Shown in pieces: positions 1 through 10,085 of a DNA stretch of 64,000 bases. Every line of letters begins with the position of its first letter. Within the stretch, counting starts at the first letter, position 1. Position numbers and translations under genes: made by a program. Source of the stretch: an uncultured Bacteroidales bacterium (GTDB lineage: Bacteria > Bacteroidota > Bacteroidia > Bacteroidales > JAGOPY01); the NCBI GenBank assembly GCA_963787195.1, contig CAWBCI010000020.1, positions 60,237 to 124,236 of the forward strand, read 5' to 3'. Under the pieces are notes generated by a model, which did no database searches, was not told the origin of the DNA, and worked only from the letters and a program-made list of their open reading frames with translations.

Positions 1-103
1 AAGTTTCGGGTATTGAAACTTCTACATAAATCATCAAAATGACGATTAAAAGGGCAAAGATCCCGATGATATATCCCAGGATATTAAAGATCCTTCTAAG
101 CAT
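1..103 (-). CDS. partial CDS, N-terminal 34 aa of a small hydrophobic protein that continues past the window start
   Basis: The ATG (rc of 101-103) overlaps the TAG stop of the upstream oxidoreductase (CATGCTTAG). The translation MLRRIFNILGYIIGIFALLIVILMIYVEVSIPET looks like a TM helix. The frame stays open to position 1. Confidence 0.35.
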   Translation of the reverse strand, partial: MLRRIFNILGYIIGIFALLIVILMIYVEVSIPET

Positions 104-1586
104 GTACAATTTTGTTTAAAAGATACCTGAAGCCAGTCAGTTCCGAAGCCGTGATCACCGCGCTCATGGTGGTCCCCAGCACCCCGTGTATGTTCAGGTT
201 CTGCCCGGTGAACATCAGGTTGGGTATCTTGGTCCGGGGTAAAACGATGGAACGGGTGGGATTGTTGCAATCTTTCAGAATACCATATGCAGTGCCGTCC
301 TTGGTGGCGGTATAATCTTTGAAGGTAAGAGGGGTAGAGACATAAAATTTCTCCACTTTCTGCTGCAAGCCCGGGAATTGTTTTTCAGCCGTTTCCATCA
401 GTTGCAGGGCTTTACCGTCACGGAATTCCCGGTATTCATCGCCTCTTTCAGCAGGAGGGATTTTATCCCACTTCCGGAGTTCATCATATTTCATAAAGGT
501 CATCAAACTCGCGGTTTTGCTGTATTCATATCCCCCGGAATGGGCCGGCGTATAAAGCAGATAGGTATGTGGCCAGGATTTTTTCGGTAAATCATCCCTG
601 AAATAATTATCCCCTTTATAATGAAAATAATTATAATTCAGGTAAGGAAATGAATTTTCCTTCATGACCATATATACTGAGAAAAAGCCGGGCGTATTCT
701 CCAGGTTCTGTATTCTTTGACGGTAGCTCTTGCGGATCTTTCCTTCAGCTATCATCCCGAGAGTTACAGCCGGATGGGCATTCGAAATAAAAGTCTTTGC
801 AGCTACCTGCCTTCCGTCTTTCATCCGGGCGGAAGAAATCTTGTCGCCTTCGAAATCAAATCCTATGACTTCCGCTTCGGTGTATATGCTCCCTCCGTGT
901 TGAAGTATTACTGTTTCAAGGGCTTTGGCGATCTGGTCACTTCCGTCGACCGGCCTGAAGGCGCTGTTTACAAAAGCATTCCTTACGCAGGAGTGGAGGT
1001 AAAGAGGGGTCCGCTGAATAGCTCCGTGATAAAGGGAATTAGCCCCAGCCAGTACCTGCTGCAAGCGTAAATCATGAGTGACGGAACGGATAAAGTCGAT
1101 GGCGCAGGCATCCATTTGTTCCGGCCTTAGCGAAAAGGATACTGCATTATCAAGATCATAGATGGGGATAGCTTTGATAACTTCCCTGATTTTCCTGACA
1201 TATGTCCTGATACCTTCTTTCTCTTTCGGGAACTGTTCCACCAGGGATTCTTCAAAAGCTTTATAGCCCATGGCATGTCTGTAGACTTTATTATCCCCGT
1301 CAAATCCAATACGGTCATAGCCATCTTCATCCAGCCTCTTTAAATTCATCCCCTCTGAAATTCCTAAATAATTGAAAAGCCTGTAAAGGGTTTGCCCCTC
1401 GTCCATGCTGCCTATGTAATGAAGGCCTGTATCGAAAGTGTGGCCATCCCGAGAGAAAGTCTGCAGATTTCCGCCTATATGCTGGTTCTTTTCAAGGATA
1501 CCCACCCTGAAGCCTTCCTTGCTGAGGATAGCGCCGCAAACCAGTCCTCCGATTCCGCTTCCTATGATTGCTATATCAAAATTCAT
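96..1586 (-). CDS. NAD(P)/FAD-dependent oxidoreductase, phytoene desaturase (CrtI)-like, flexirubin-cluster type
   Basis: 496 aa ORF. N-terminal dinucleotide fold IAIIGSGIGGLVCGAILSKEGFRVGILEKN..GG. Length and C-terminal region are typical of the CrtI family. Confidence 0.85.
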   Translation of the reverse strand: MNFDIAIIGSGIGGLVCGAILSKEGFRVGILEKNQHIGGNLQTFSRDGHTFDTGLHYIGSMDEGQTLYRLFNYLGISEGMNLKRLDEDGYDRIGFDGDNKVYRHAMGYKAFEESLVEQFPKEKEGIRTYVRKIREVIKAIPIYDLDNAVSFSLRPEQMDACAIDFIRSVTHDLRLQQVLAGANSLYHGAIQRTPLYLHSCVRNAFVNSAFRPVDGSDQIAKALETVILQHGGSIYTEAEVIGFDFEGDKISSARMKDGRQVAAKTFISNAHPAVTLGMIAEGKIRKSYRQRIQNLENTPGFFSVYMVMKENSFPYLNYNYFHYKGDNYFRDDLPKKSWPHTYLLYTPAHSGGYEYSKTASLMTFMKYDELRKWDKIPPAERGDEYREFRDGKALQLMETAEKQFPGLQQKVEKFYVSTPLTFKDYTATKDGTAYGILKDCNNPTRSIVLPRTKIPNLMFTGQNLNIHGVLGTTMSAVITASELTGFRYLLNKIVHA

Positions 1587-1615
1587 CTATGTTTACTCTC
1601 TTGTTTTTGCTTTAT

Positions 1616-2749
1616 TCAGGTCATCTTTTTGATGGCCATCAGAAGGTTGGATGTATGCCTCGATTCTTCAAGCACTTCAGACTTCATCCCATTATCATGG
1701 CAAATCTTTTCTATTTTTTCCCGGGAGCTAAAGAATAATTTTTTCTTATCATCCAATGTCTTATTAAAACCCGAAAGTGTACTAAAAAGTTCAGTCAGCA
1801 TCGTCCCAAAATGCTTTTTATGCTGTTCGCTGTCAGCATCCCTGATCAGTATGACCCCTCCGGATTCCAGATGCCGGATGCAATTTGTCAGAAGGATTTC
1901 CTGTTCATCTTCCGGCATATAATGCAATACATCACTTAAAATAAAGCCCCGGCTGTTCTCAATTTCAAAGGACCTGATATCAGAGGCGAAAAATTCCAGA
2001 TATTCATTTTTCGCCGAACAATTAGCCGCGACCTCTATTTTTTCAGCATCGTAATCTATAGCGGTAATTTTTCTTCCCCTGGCCATGAAATACAACATAT
2101 AGTCCATATAACCGTATCCGCAGCCTATATCCGTGATTTGACCTTCCTTTGGCAAGTATTTATCAAAAATAACATAATTATTTTCAAGGCGGAGTTTAGT
2201 ACGGAGATACCATTCCAGCACGGGCCCTTTGTAAATATAGTTTTTTATAAGAATATCCCTGTAAAATTGCGGGGTTTCGTATTCCGCAGCCATCTCCTTA
2301 TAAGTACTGATAAAGAATTTCCGGAATGCCCTGGAACGTTCCAGGAGATCCGAACCATAGGCCGGATCAGCGGGTGAAACGCGTGGAAATATTTTCAGTG
2401 TTACATAGCCCGATTTCAGGAAGGGCTCACCTTTTATCATACAATGTCCCGAGCCATGCACAACGATGGGAATGATGTCCAGTCGAAGGGTTTCTGCAAT
2501 ATGGAAGGCCCCTTTGTGAAACCTCTTTATGCTAAGGTCCGCCGATCGGGTACCTTCCGGAAATACCATGATGGAATAGCCCTGTGAAACTTTTTCCCGG
2601 AGCTTGTCCATGATCTTGTCAGAGCCTTCCGAAACAGTATAAAAATCAGCTAAATGGACGATAAACCCATATACCGGATGCTTTTGAACCCAGTCATTGG
2701 TTAAAATGATAAGTTTAGGATGCAGCAGCATCATCAGCACCAGATCCAA
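1616..2749 (-). CDS. C-terminal part of a trifunctional MMPL transporter / lysophospholipid acyltransferase / class I SAM methyltransferase gene (acyltransferase core + methyltransferase)
   Basis: PlsC-type FPEGTRS motif and SAM-MTase motif DIGCGYGYM. The HX4D box is split: NHQSHL ends ORF 2715..5483 and D-LVLMMLLHP opens this ORF in the neighbouring frame, implying a 1-nt indel near 2747-2753. Confidence 0.8.
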   Translation of the reverse strand: MDLVLMMLLHPKLIILTNDWVQKHPVYGFIVHLADFYTVSEGSDKIMDKLREKVSQGYSIMVFPEGTRSADLSIKRFHKGAFHIAETLRLDIIPIVVHGSGHCMIKGEPFLKSGYVTLKIFPRVSPADPAYGSDLLERSRAFRKFFISTYKEMAAEYETPQFYRDILIKNYIYKGPVLEWYLRTKLRLENNYVIFDKYLPKEGQITDIGCGYGYMDYMLYFMARGRKITAIDYDAEKIEVAANCSAKNEYLEFFASDIRSFEIENSRGFILSDVLHYMPEDEQEILLTNCIRHLESGGVILIRDADSEQHKKHFGTMLTELFSTLSGFNKTLDDKKKLFFSSREKIEKICHDNGMKSEVLEESRHTSNLLMAIKKMT

Positions 2750-5483
2750 GATGCGACTGATGATTGGAAATGATCACTGATGGTTTTTTAAAGTCTTCAG
2801 CATTAATATTTATAATTGTTTTCCGTATGGTGAATACTGCGTAAACAATTATACGCGAAGCTATCATGAGCCAGTAATGGAAGATGGCTGATTTTTGTTT
2901 CTTTTTTAAGGGAAGAAGGTAGAAGAGTATAAAACCGGCAATAGTCAGGACAAGGCTTCCGATGAGGAAGATCAACAGGGTCATGATCGAAATGGCAAAA
3001 TTCCCGAAAGTTATGGGGACCACCCTTCTTTTACCGCGGTATGAGATCAGCCACCTGAAGAGTAAGGGCTCCAGTGTGAAAGTAATGAACAGCACCGAAC
3101 TGATCCCGATGATAGCTGAGAGGGCAATGGATTTGAGGGCCGGATGTTTCGCGAGGATCAGAACTCCCAATCCTATCAGGGTCGTAATGGCTGATAATAA
3201 TATTGAAGTTTTGAAGGATGTCAGTTTTTTCTCCCCGAATTTATATTCGTGCAGCATCCCGTTCATAATGAAAATCCCATAGTCGATCCCTATCCCGAAA
3301 ACAAAGGATGAAATGATGATGTTGAAAATATTGAATTGCAATCCGCTTAGTGACATGATACCGAGAGTCCATATCCAGCTAATCAGCATCGGAATGAAGG
3401 TGATGATGGCCAGCTCTATCCTTCCGTAAGCCACCAGCAATATGGCAAAGACCATCAGCAGCGAAACCCAGACAAGAAGATTCAGATCATCTTTCAGTAT
3501 GTCGATAAAAGTAGTTGTGAGGAATTGTTTGTCAAAGATAAAAGTATGAGAGTCCTCTCCCAGGGCATCATAGACTTTTTGTTTATCCTGCAACTTGACT
3601 TTCAATATGGTAGCAACGGTGGAAAAATCTTTGGCCGGGTAGATATACTGGTTCAGGAACATTTTCTCCAGTTTATCAAAGGCTGATGGCGGGAGGGTCT
3701 GATATTCATGATCCAGCACATCATGGAAGAAGGCGTCAAAAGCATCAGGTTTGAAACCCAGTATAGCAGCTTCCTTTAAGATTCCCTTCTTGAGTTCCTC
3801 TTTTTTATCCGGGGTCCAGAATGAATTCCACCGGGCAATCTTTGCTCTCTGGAGCGAGTCGGAGAGCAGTATCCCATCCACGGAAGTGTATTTTTTCACG
3901 ATGCCTTCATCCTGAAGTTTCTTCACCTGTTTGGCTAATTGTTCGTTATTCCTGAGGGCCTCATCCATGTTTTTTCCGGTCGATACCAGGTAGACGGAAC
4001 GGAGGGTGTAATCGTTGATCCGGTCAAGGGTTTTTTCTGCTTTCTGCAGTCTTTTATCCACAAAGCTGAGATTGCTCATATCGCTTTCAAAGGAAATTTT
4101 TCTTGCAGTAAAAATGAAGAGGATAGTGAGTCCCAAAATGATGAACTGCAGGATGCGTTTTTTGTCGAAGGGATAGGAAGCAAGACGATCGATAAAAGGC
4201 AGCCATGATTTTTTTGACCCTGAACTAAGGGCTTTTTTCCCAAGTATTTGCGGAAGCAGGGTAAGGGTCAGCAGCGCTGCGGCCATCACGCTGAAAGCCG
4301 AGAAAAGGCCCAGGTCACGGATGGCTCCGGAACGGACCAGCAAGAGCGTGAAAAATGCCCCGGCGGTTGTCAGGCTACTCATGATAATGGGAGTCGAGAG
4401 GTCTTTGAGGGCCGTGATGGAATCTCCGCTTTTACGTGCATGGTTCAGGAAATGCAAGGCATAATCTACTGAAATACCCAGCAATACGGCACCAAAGCCA
4501 AGGGAGATGGCCGAGATGCTTTTTCCAATCAGGAAGAGTATGGCCAGGGCGAAGCCTGCCCCTAATACTGAAGGCAGAAATATCAGGATGAAACTGGATT
4601 TTTTCCGGAAATACAGGAAGATAAATGCAATTAAAAGAAAAGCGGCCAGGGAAACCGTAAGGTAAATATCTTTTTTTATCTGCCGTGCATTCCCAGCTGC
4701 CACAGCCGCCGACCCGAAATAATCGGCCGTGACTTTATCCTTAAACTGATCTTCGGTTTGATGGATAATCCGGTCCAGTTCCTCCATAAGGATTCCATTC
4801 TCCCCTGTTTTTGACGATGCGTAGGCCGGTACTATGAACATCATCAGGTATTTATCTCCGGAAGAAAATATGTAGCTGTCACGTATCGAATAACTTTGAT
4901 CCAGCTGCAATGACCTGAGCCTTTTTAACCCATAGGAAGTAAGGCTTAGCGGGTCCTTCATGATATAATCCTTCATGATCATACTGGCCGGAGAAAGCAG
5001 GCTCCGGTAGTCTTTGCGGATGATTTCCCTCAGATTATTCTCCTGCAGTGCGGAGTCTATTGAAATGTAATCGGAAGAATCAAGGAAGAAAGGTATGTTC
5101 CGGTAGAATTCCCCGTAAACCTGGCTGAACAGCGAATCCTGAACTTTCAGGCGGATTTCCCTGATATAATCCGGTACGAGCCGGGCCTTGAGTGAATCTT
5201 CCAGGACATTGGCAAAAGCTTCCAGCATTTCCGGGTCCGTTAAAGCCGAACTATCTGTAAGGGTGATATACATGACCAACTGTTCTGAAATACGGGTGTG
5301 CTCGAAAACCCGGTTAAATTTTACCAGTTTTTCATTCTGAGGCAGGACCTTATTAATGTCTTCTTCCAGTTTCAGTCCTGAAGCAAACCACGCGGCCAGG
5401 CCGGTCATTATAATGAATAAGCCTAATGACGCCAGGCGGTAGCGGCGAAAAAGTTTATAAAGTAAGATGAAGAATCCTCCCAT
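2715..5483 (-). CDS. N-terminal part of the same gene: MMPL/RND-like predicted exporter of aryl-polyene/flexirubin clusters
   Basis: 922 aa with two multi-TM bundles separated by large soluble loops. The last ~90 aa (TM + ..VIISNHQSHL) already belong to the acyltransferase domain. Confidence 0.8.
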   Translation of the reverse strand: MGGFFILLYKLFRRYRLASLGLFIIMTGLAAWFASGLKLEEDINKVLPQNEKLVKFNRVFEHTRISEQLVMYITLTDSSALTDPEMLEAFANVLEDSLKARLVPDYIREIRLKVQDSLFSQVYGEFYRNIPFFLDSSDYISIDSALQENNLREIIRKDYRSLLSPASMIMKDYIMKDPLSLTSYGLKRLRSLQLDQSYSIRDSYIFSSGDKYLMMFIVPAYASSKTGENGILMEELDRIIHQTEDQFKDKVTADYFGSAAVAAGNARQIKKDIYLTVSLAAFLLIAFIFLYFRKKSSFILIFLPSVLGAGFALAILFLIGKSISAISLGFGAVLLGISVDYALHFLNHARKSGDSITALKDLSTPIIMSSLTTAGAFFTLLLVRSGAIRDLGLFSAFSVMAAALLTLTLLPQILGKKALSSGSKKSWLPFIDRLASYPFDKKRILQFIILGLTILFIFTARKISFESDMSNLSFVDKRLQKAEKTLDRINDYTLRSVYLVSTGKNMDEALRNNEQLAKQVKKLQDEGIVKKYTSVDGILLSDSLQRAKIARWNSFWTPDKKEELKKGILKEAAILGFKPDAFDAFFHDVLDHEYQTLPPSAFDKLEKMFLNQYIYPAKDFSTVATILKVKLQDKQKVYDALGEDSHTFIFDKQFLTTTFIDILKDDLNLLVWVSLLMVFAILLVAYGRIELAIITFIPMLISWIWTLGIMSLSGLQFNIFNIIISSFVFGIGIDYGIFIMNGMLHEYKFGEKKLTSFKTSILLSAITTLIGLGVLILAKHPALKSIALSAIIGISSVLFITFTLEPLLFRWLISYRGKRRVVPITFGNFAISIMTLLIFLIGSLVLTIAGFILFYLLPLKKKQKSAIFHYWLMIASRIIVYAVFTIRKTIININAEDFKKPSVIISNHQSHLGSGADDAAAS

Positions 5484-5502
5484 CGATGCTTGTTATATAC
5501 TT

Positions 5503-6756
5503 TTAACTTTCCTCATTTTGTTCGTAAATATTCAGCGCTGAAGTGGCGGAGTTCAATGATTCTGCCGTTTTCAGTTCCTTTTCCCTCTTCCTGAAAAGGA
5601 ATAACATTATATAAGTCAAAAGTCCCAGACTTATGGCGAGGATTGAACCAAAGACCAGGGCGCCAGTGGCGTACTGGAAAATGTTGTTTTTTACAAATTC
5701 CAGGTTCAGTCCTTTAGAATAGTCAATATCAGCAGGATTATTCAATATGATTCCACCGGTTTTATAACTTAAATAAAGAATGAATGGAATCATTGGCGGG
5801 ATGCTGATATTTGCTGCCACCAGGGTAATAATTTTATTCAGTTTCAGGAAGTAGGCCAATGCTAGTGCCACGGCCGTCTGCCAGCCCCATATAGGGGCAA
5901 TTCCGACAAAGACACCTAAGGCGACGGATGCAGCTTTCCGGAAGTTAGATTCGTTCGGGTCGAGCAGGTATTTGATGAAAAAATTCCTCAGGTTTTCCCT
6001 GTTCAGTCCTCTTAAAATTTGAAATGGCCTTACAAAAAGCAGGGCCAGCAAAACAAGGACAGTGTTCAGCAGGCTAATCCTGAAGAAATCCCAAAAAGGA
6101 CGAAAATGTGTGACCCTTTCTTCTTTGGAAGGGTAGTAAACACTGACCGGGACACTGCGGATCGGGACTCCTTTCCAGGCGGCCCTGACGATTACCTCTA
6201 TCTCAAATTCAAAACGCCGGGTAAAAAAGTGCATTTTATGCAAGGGCTCCAGTGGATAAAGCCTGTATCCTGATTGTGTGTCAGGGAGTTTGATGCCTGT
6301 TTCCACCCTGAACCAGAAATTCGAAAAGCGGTTCCCGAAGGTAGTTCCGCCCGGAATGCCATCCTGACTGAGGTTCCTGGCGCCTATCACAAGGCTGCCT
6401 GGTTGTTTTTCTATCATATCGATGAAAAACGGCAGGTCCTGCGGTAGATGTTGTCCGTCGGAATCTATAGTAATTGCATACTTATAGCCCAAATTGAAGG
6501 CTTCATTGAATCCTTTCCGGAGCGCATAACCTTTTCCCTTGTTAACTGGGTATGAAATCAGCCTGACTGTGGGAAAAGAATCCAGGATCATCAGGCTGTC
6601 ATCAGTAGAACCGTCATTGACAATCAGGACCTGATCTGTATAGTCAAGGGTTTCCCTGAGTACCCTTTCCAGGGTCAAAGGGTTGTTATAGGTTGGGATG
6701 ATGACACAACAGGAATATTCCCGGAAGCTATCAGTGTATTTAGTCAAGGCAGTCAT
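5503..6756 (-). CDS. glycosyltransferase family 2 fused to a DUF2062-like membrane domain
   Basis: N-terminus CCVIIPTYNN...NDGSTDDS...TIDSDGQH (GT-A, DxD). The C-terminal third is hydrophobic (DUF2062-like). Confidence 0.85.
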   Translation of the reverse strand: MTALTKYTDSFREYSCCVIIPTYNNPLTLERVLRETLDYTDQVLIVNDGSTDDSLMILDSFPTVRLISYPVNKGKGYALRKGFNEAFNLGYKYAITIDSDGQHLPQDLPFFIDMIEKQPGSLVIGARNLSQDGIPGGTTFGNRFSNFWFRVETGIKLPDTQSGYRLYPLEPLHKMHFFTRRFEFEIEVIVRAAWKGVPIRSVPVSVYYPSKEERVTHFRPFWDFFRISLLNTVLVLLALLFVRPFQILRGLNRENLRNFFIKYLLDPNESNFRKAASVALGVFVGIAPIWGWQTAVALALAYFLKLNKIITLVAANISIPPMIPFILYLSYKTGGIILNNPADIDYSKGLNLEFVKNNIFQYATGALVFGSILAISLGLLTYIMLFLFRKREKELKTAESLNSATSALNIYEQNEES

Positions 6757-6789
6757 TCATTAAAACTATGCAGGAACAGGCCTGTCAGA

Positions 6790-7257
6790 TTATTTTTTTT
6801 TCAAAACCTCTTCCCCTGCACTGTCGGTCCAGTCACAAATATCTTTCTTCTCTTTTTCATTTAAATTGGCGCTGCTGTGCATCCACACATAAGATTGGAG
6901 CGGCATCTCATCAGAGTTCAGTTCTTCGCAAATATCATTCAGAAGCTTCAGTTGTTTCTTCTTATCATAGGTTCCCCATTCCGAAAAATTCAGATGCTTT
7001 TTTGCATGAGTGATGTGATAGTTCAGAAACCACGAAACAGGTGCGAAATTGTTATAGAAAGGATAGCGGGTATTGTTCGAATGGCAGTCAAAGCAGGCAT
7101 TGGCAAGGTTGCCCCTCACGTTGGAAGGAATCTGGAGCTGGAATATGATGTCTTCAGTTGTCTCTCCCTTGGAGATGTTTTTTTTAGGCTGGAAAAATTG
7201 AATAATGATAAATATCACAGCCAGGGAAACAAGAATGTAGATCCAGGTTTTTTTCAT
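6790..7257 (-). CDS. heme-binding-domain protein (single CXXCH)
   Basis: Signal/TM MKKTWIYILVSLAVIFIIIQ, then ACFDCHSNNTRYP. Start moved to the internal ATG at 7257. Confidence 0.65.
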   Translation of the reverse strand: MKKTWIYILVSLAVIFIIIQFFQPKKNISKGETTEDIIFQLQIPSNVRGNLANACFDCHSNNTRYPFYNNFAPVSWFLNYHITHAKKHLNFSEWGTYDKKKQLKLLNDICEELNSDEMPLQSYVWMHSSANLNEKEKKDICDWTDSAGEEVLKKK

Positions 7258-7353
7258 GCTGCAGGTATTAATTTTCAGATATAAAAAATGAAGCAACCCA
7301 TTTGGCAGATTGCTTCATCAAAAATAATGTTTTTAACTGGAATATCGGGCAAT

Positions 7354-7770
7354 TTATTCTCCTATCAGCTTTTTTGATTCGTCTTCAGTCCATTTGATGA
7401 AATCCTGTTTCTGTGCATCTGTGAAAGCTTTGTCCGGAAATCTTTCAAGGAATTTTTTGGGAGGCATCTTACCTTTATTGATGACATCCTTAATATCACC
7501 GAGTTTGCCTACTTTCTTCGCATCAGAATAATCATTCCAATGGTCGAAATTCAGCTTGGCCTTGGACTTAATATTGGATGACTTATCAGAATGGCAATTA
7601 AAGCAAGTACTTTCTATAACTGCAGTGACATCCTTAGGGAAACCCAAGTCAGTTTTATCCTGAGGGGCCTGACTTTTTACAATTACATTCTTCACTTCAG
7701 GAACTGTGAAGGCCATAATTACCGCAACTGTAAACAATGCAATAATAATTGATGTGAGTAATTTTTTCAT
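7354..7770 (-). CDS. heme-binding-domain protein (single CXXCH), paralogue of 6790..7257
   Basis: Signal peptide, CFNCHSDKSS motif, and the same C-terminal M-P-x-K/W pattern as its neighbour. Confidence 0.65.
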   Translation of the reverse strand: MKKLLTSIIIALFTVAVIMAFTVPEVKNVIVKSQAPQDKTDLGFPKDVTAVIESTCFNCHSDKSSNIKSKAKLNFDHWNDYSDAKKVGKLGDIKDVINKGKMPPKKFLERFPDKAFTDAQKQDFIKWTEDESKKLIGE

Positions 7771-7927
7771 AGATGTATTAATTTAAGGTTTGTCAGATCT
7801 TAGGCACTATTAACACAAATATATGCATTTTGTTTGAGATTTTAAAAGGAAATTTGCAATAATCATGCCTTACAATAAGGAGAAAAATGCATGCATTGTT
7901 AAGGAGTTATTTCAGGGCATTTCAAAA

Positions 7928-8302
7928 TCAATGCAGGTCAGTTTCAAAGACACCTTTAAACTTCATGAAAACCTCATCCTTGAAATAGATTATTGCATTG
8001 GAGCGATACTCTTGCGTTTCAGTTTTTTCCAGCAGGATTTTCACGAAAACATCCGGATTCACACCAGGATCAATAGGATTCAGGAATTTTATCTGGGAAG
8101 CGTCCCTTAAAGTGAGCGGAAACTCCGCAGCTATCTCCGCTAATTCACGGACGATCTGTACCAGGCACACCCCGGGGACTACCGGATGATCCGGGAAATG
8201 CCCCTCAAAAATGGGGTCAGATGCATTGAAATGAATGGAGCAATCCAATGTCTGGTCCTTTTTATTGATCTGCACTATGGAGTATAAATGGTCTTTCAGC
8301 AT
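7928..8302 (-). CDS. hotdog-fold 3-hydroxyacyl-ACP dehydratase (FabA/FabZ-like)
   Basis: Motif FEGHFPDHPVVPGVCLVQIVRE, 124 aa. Confidence 0.8.
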   Translation of the reverse strand: MLKDHLYSIVQINKKDQTLDCSIHFNASDPIFEGHFPDHPVVPGVCLVQIVRELAEIAAEFPLTLRDASQIKFLNPIDPGVNPDVFVKILLEKTETQEYRSNAIIYFKDEVFMKFKGVFETDLH

Positions 8303-8381
8303 AATATATTGTGATATCCATTAATTCGTCAAATATGAGGTTTATTAACTTATAAGCGACAGATCATCCTTCATAAAAAAC

Positions 8382-9041
8382 CTATTCTATTCTTTTCATT
8401 ATGATATTCAATCCCGAACCTTTATGATGAATATCAATTTCAGAAGGACTGCCCGGATATTTTTCCGAATAAAGAAAGGACGCCCTTGCCTTTGGCATAT
8501 TACATGAAGAAACAGAACGGGCGATAAAGGGTCGGGCTTTTTCTTCGAAACCGATATAATATTTCCGGCTTTTCAATCCCGCATATTCGGCCAGAAAGCT
8601 ATGATTTTTTTTATTTTGATAAAGAGGGAAATCCTGAACTTCATTTTCAGGTTGGAAAATTAACCTGAAACTTTCCTGCAGGGCGCTAATAAGCGCTTTT
8701 CTGTTAAGGGGGCCATAAATCTTCTGAATTTGCAGTACAGGAGCGCCCGAACTGTCCTTCTGAAAATCCCCGTCCAGAAAACTCATTCCCAGTTCATTGA
8801 AAAATGATATACGGAAGTGCTCCCCTGAAACTCTTTTAATCAGCATAAGCCCACCGAATTCATGCCCCCTAACACTTATATTTGTTTTATATAAGCCGCG
8901 ACTAAAGGTATCCGCAAAAGCCGGCCGGATAATTCCGGGAGTGCTCCCCGAAGTCCGTTTGTAATCAGTCAGCGCACAGCCTTGCAAGATGAAAAACAGG
9001 AGGCTAATCCAGCTTAAAGACTTTATCAGGTATTTCCCCAT
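8382..9041 (-). CDS. lipoprotein of unknown function, conserved position in flexirubin-type clusters
   Basis: Lipobox LFFILQGC at the N-terminus. No recognisable catalytic motif. Confidence 0.55.
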   Translation of the reverse strand: MGKYLIKSLSWISLLFFILQGCALTDYKRTSGSTPGIIRPAFADTFSRGLYKTNISVRGHEFGGLMLIKRVSGEHFRISFFNELGMSFLDGDFQKDSSGAPVLQIQKIYGPLNRKALISALQESFRLIFQPENEVQDFPLYQNKKNHSFLAEYAGLKSRKYYIGFEEKARPFIARSVSSCNMPKARASFLYSEKYPGSPSEIDIHHKGSGLNIIMKRIE

Positions 9042-9645
9042 TCAATACTTTGTTTTGAAAAATGATATTGGTATAATCCCCTGATTTTTCAATCATCCGG
9101 ATACTGTCAACTGTGAAATCCTTTTTATTCACGGAAATCTCGATCCGGGCCAGGAAGTCCTTCATACCTTCTGATAGGGGGACAAGGGATAAAATATAAT
9201 GAGAACCGCCATCAAAATATTCAGTCTTAAATTTACCCGAATTCAGGACAGTCCCGTTCACCACCCCCATCATAATTTCATTAATTTCTGAGAACATACG
9301 GTTAGATGTGGCATCAAAGGTATTCGCCTTGCCTTCATCAATGACCTTAATTCTCCCATTATTAAGAATGATGGTATATTGGTAGGGGCTGGTATATTCC
9401 CAACGGAGTTGATTGTCTTTTTTGAAGAAAAATTTTCCATGGGATGTGACCTTGTCCTGCAGGAAACTGAGTTCTTTTTCCTGGATGAAGTCACTTTCTA
9501 TAGTCTTAGTATCAGCGGCAGCTTTATTAATTTGGGAAATAAGTTCTGCAGGATCGGCGACAGGCTTTCTTTCCTGGGCGGTTAAAGTCTGATAACCCGC
9601 TGATAAGACCAAAGCGAGCATTAAACAGATATATCTTGATTTCAT
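9004..9645 (-). CDS. LolA-like outer-membrane lipoprotein carrier family protein
   Basis: 213 aa with a signal peptide. Size and beta-rich pattern match LolA-like proteins of aryl-polyene clusters. Confidence 0.7.
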   Translation of the reverse strand: MKSRYICLMLALVLSAGYQTLTAQERKPVADPAELISQINKAAADTKTIESDFIQEKELSFLQDKVTSHGKFFFKKDNQLRWEYTSPYQYTIILNNGRIKVIDEGKANTFDATSNRMFSEINEIMMGVVNGTVLNSGKFKTEYFDGGSHYILSLVPLSEGMKDFLARIEISVNKKDFTVDSIRMIEKSGDYTNIIFQNKVLNGEIPDKVFKLD

Positions 9646-9649
9646 AAAA

Positions 9650-10078
9650 TTATTCTTCCTGAAATATACTCGTAATTAATGTGATCCTGATAGTATCCTG
9701 ATCAGGGACTGTGAAAACGGATTTATCGTATTTAGGAGGTCCTTTATGATTATTTGAAAACCCAAAACCTTCTTTAGGTATACCCAGTTCATTCTGGTCA
9801 AGTTTGCCATTCAGGTTCATATCCTGAAAAACAGCAATGGCATACTGACCTTCAGGCACATCATTGAAAGTCACGGTTTCATCAGGTTTTTTTACTTCCA
9901 CCATTTTGCCCATATAAGCCGAATCAAATTTCATGAACTGTTCCGGACCTTTGAAAAGTCCGACATAAAGGTTGCCTTGCATGGACTTTATATCGGATAT
10001 TTTTACGACAAGATTATTTTTTTCGCCCGAGGGCAGGAAAAAAACTGTCAATAACAAGAAAGCGAGTTTCAGGTTCAT
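9650..10078 (-). CDS. DUF2141 domain protein
   Basis: GNLYVGLF...QYAIAVFQDMNLNGKLDQNELGIPKEGFGFSNN. Start moved to the internal ATG that precedes the signal peptide. Confidence 0.7.
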   Translation of the reverse strand: MNLKLAFLLLTVFFLPSGEKNNLVVKISDIKSMQGNLYVGLFKGPEQFMKFDSAYMGKMVEVKKPDETVTFNDVPEGQYAIAVFQDMNLNGKLDQNELGIPKEGFGFSNNHKGPPKYDKSVFTVPDQDTIRITLITSIFQEE

Positions 10079-10085
10079 ATTTATA

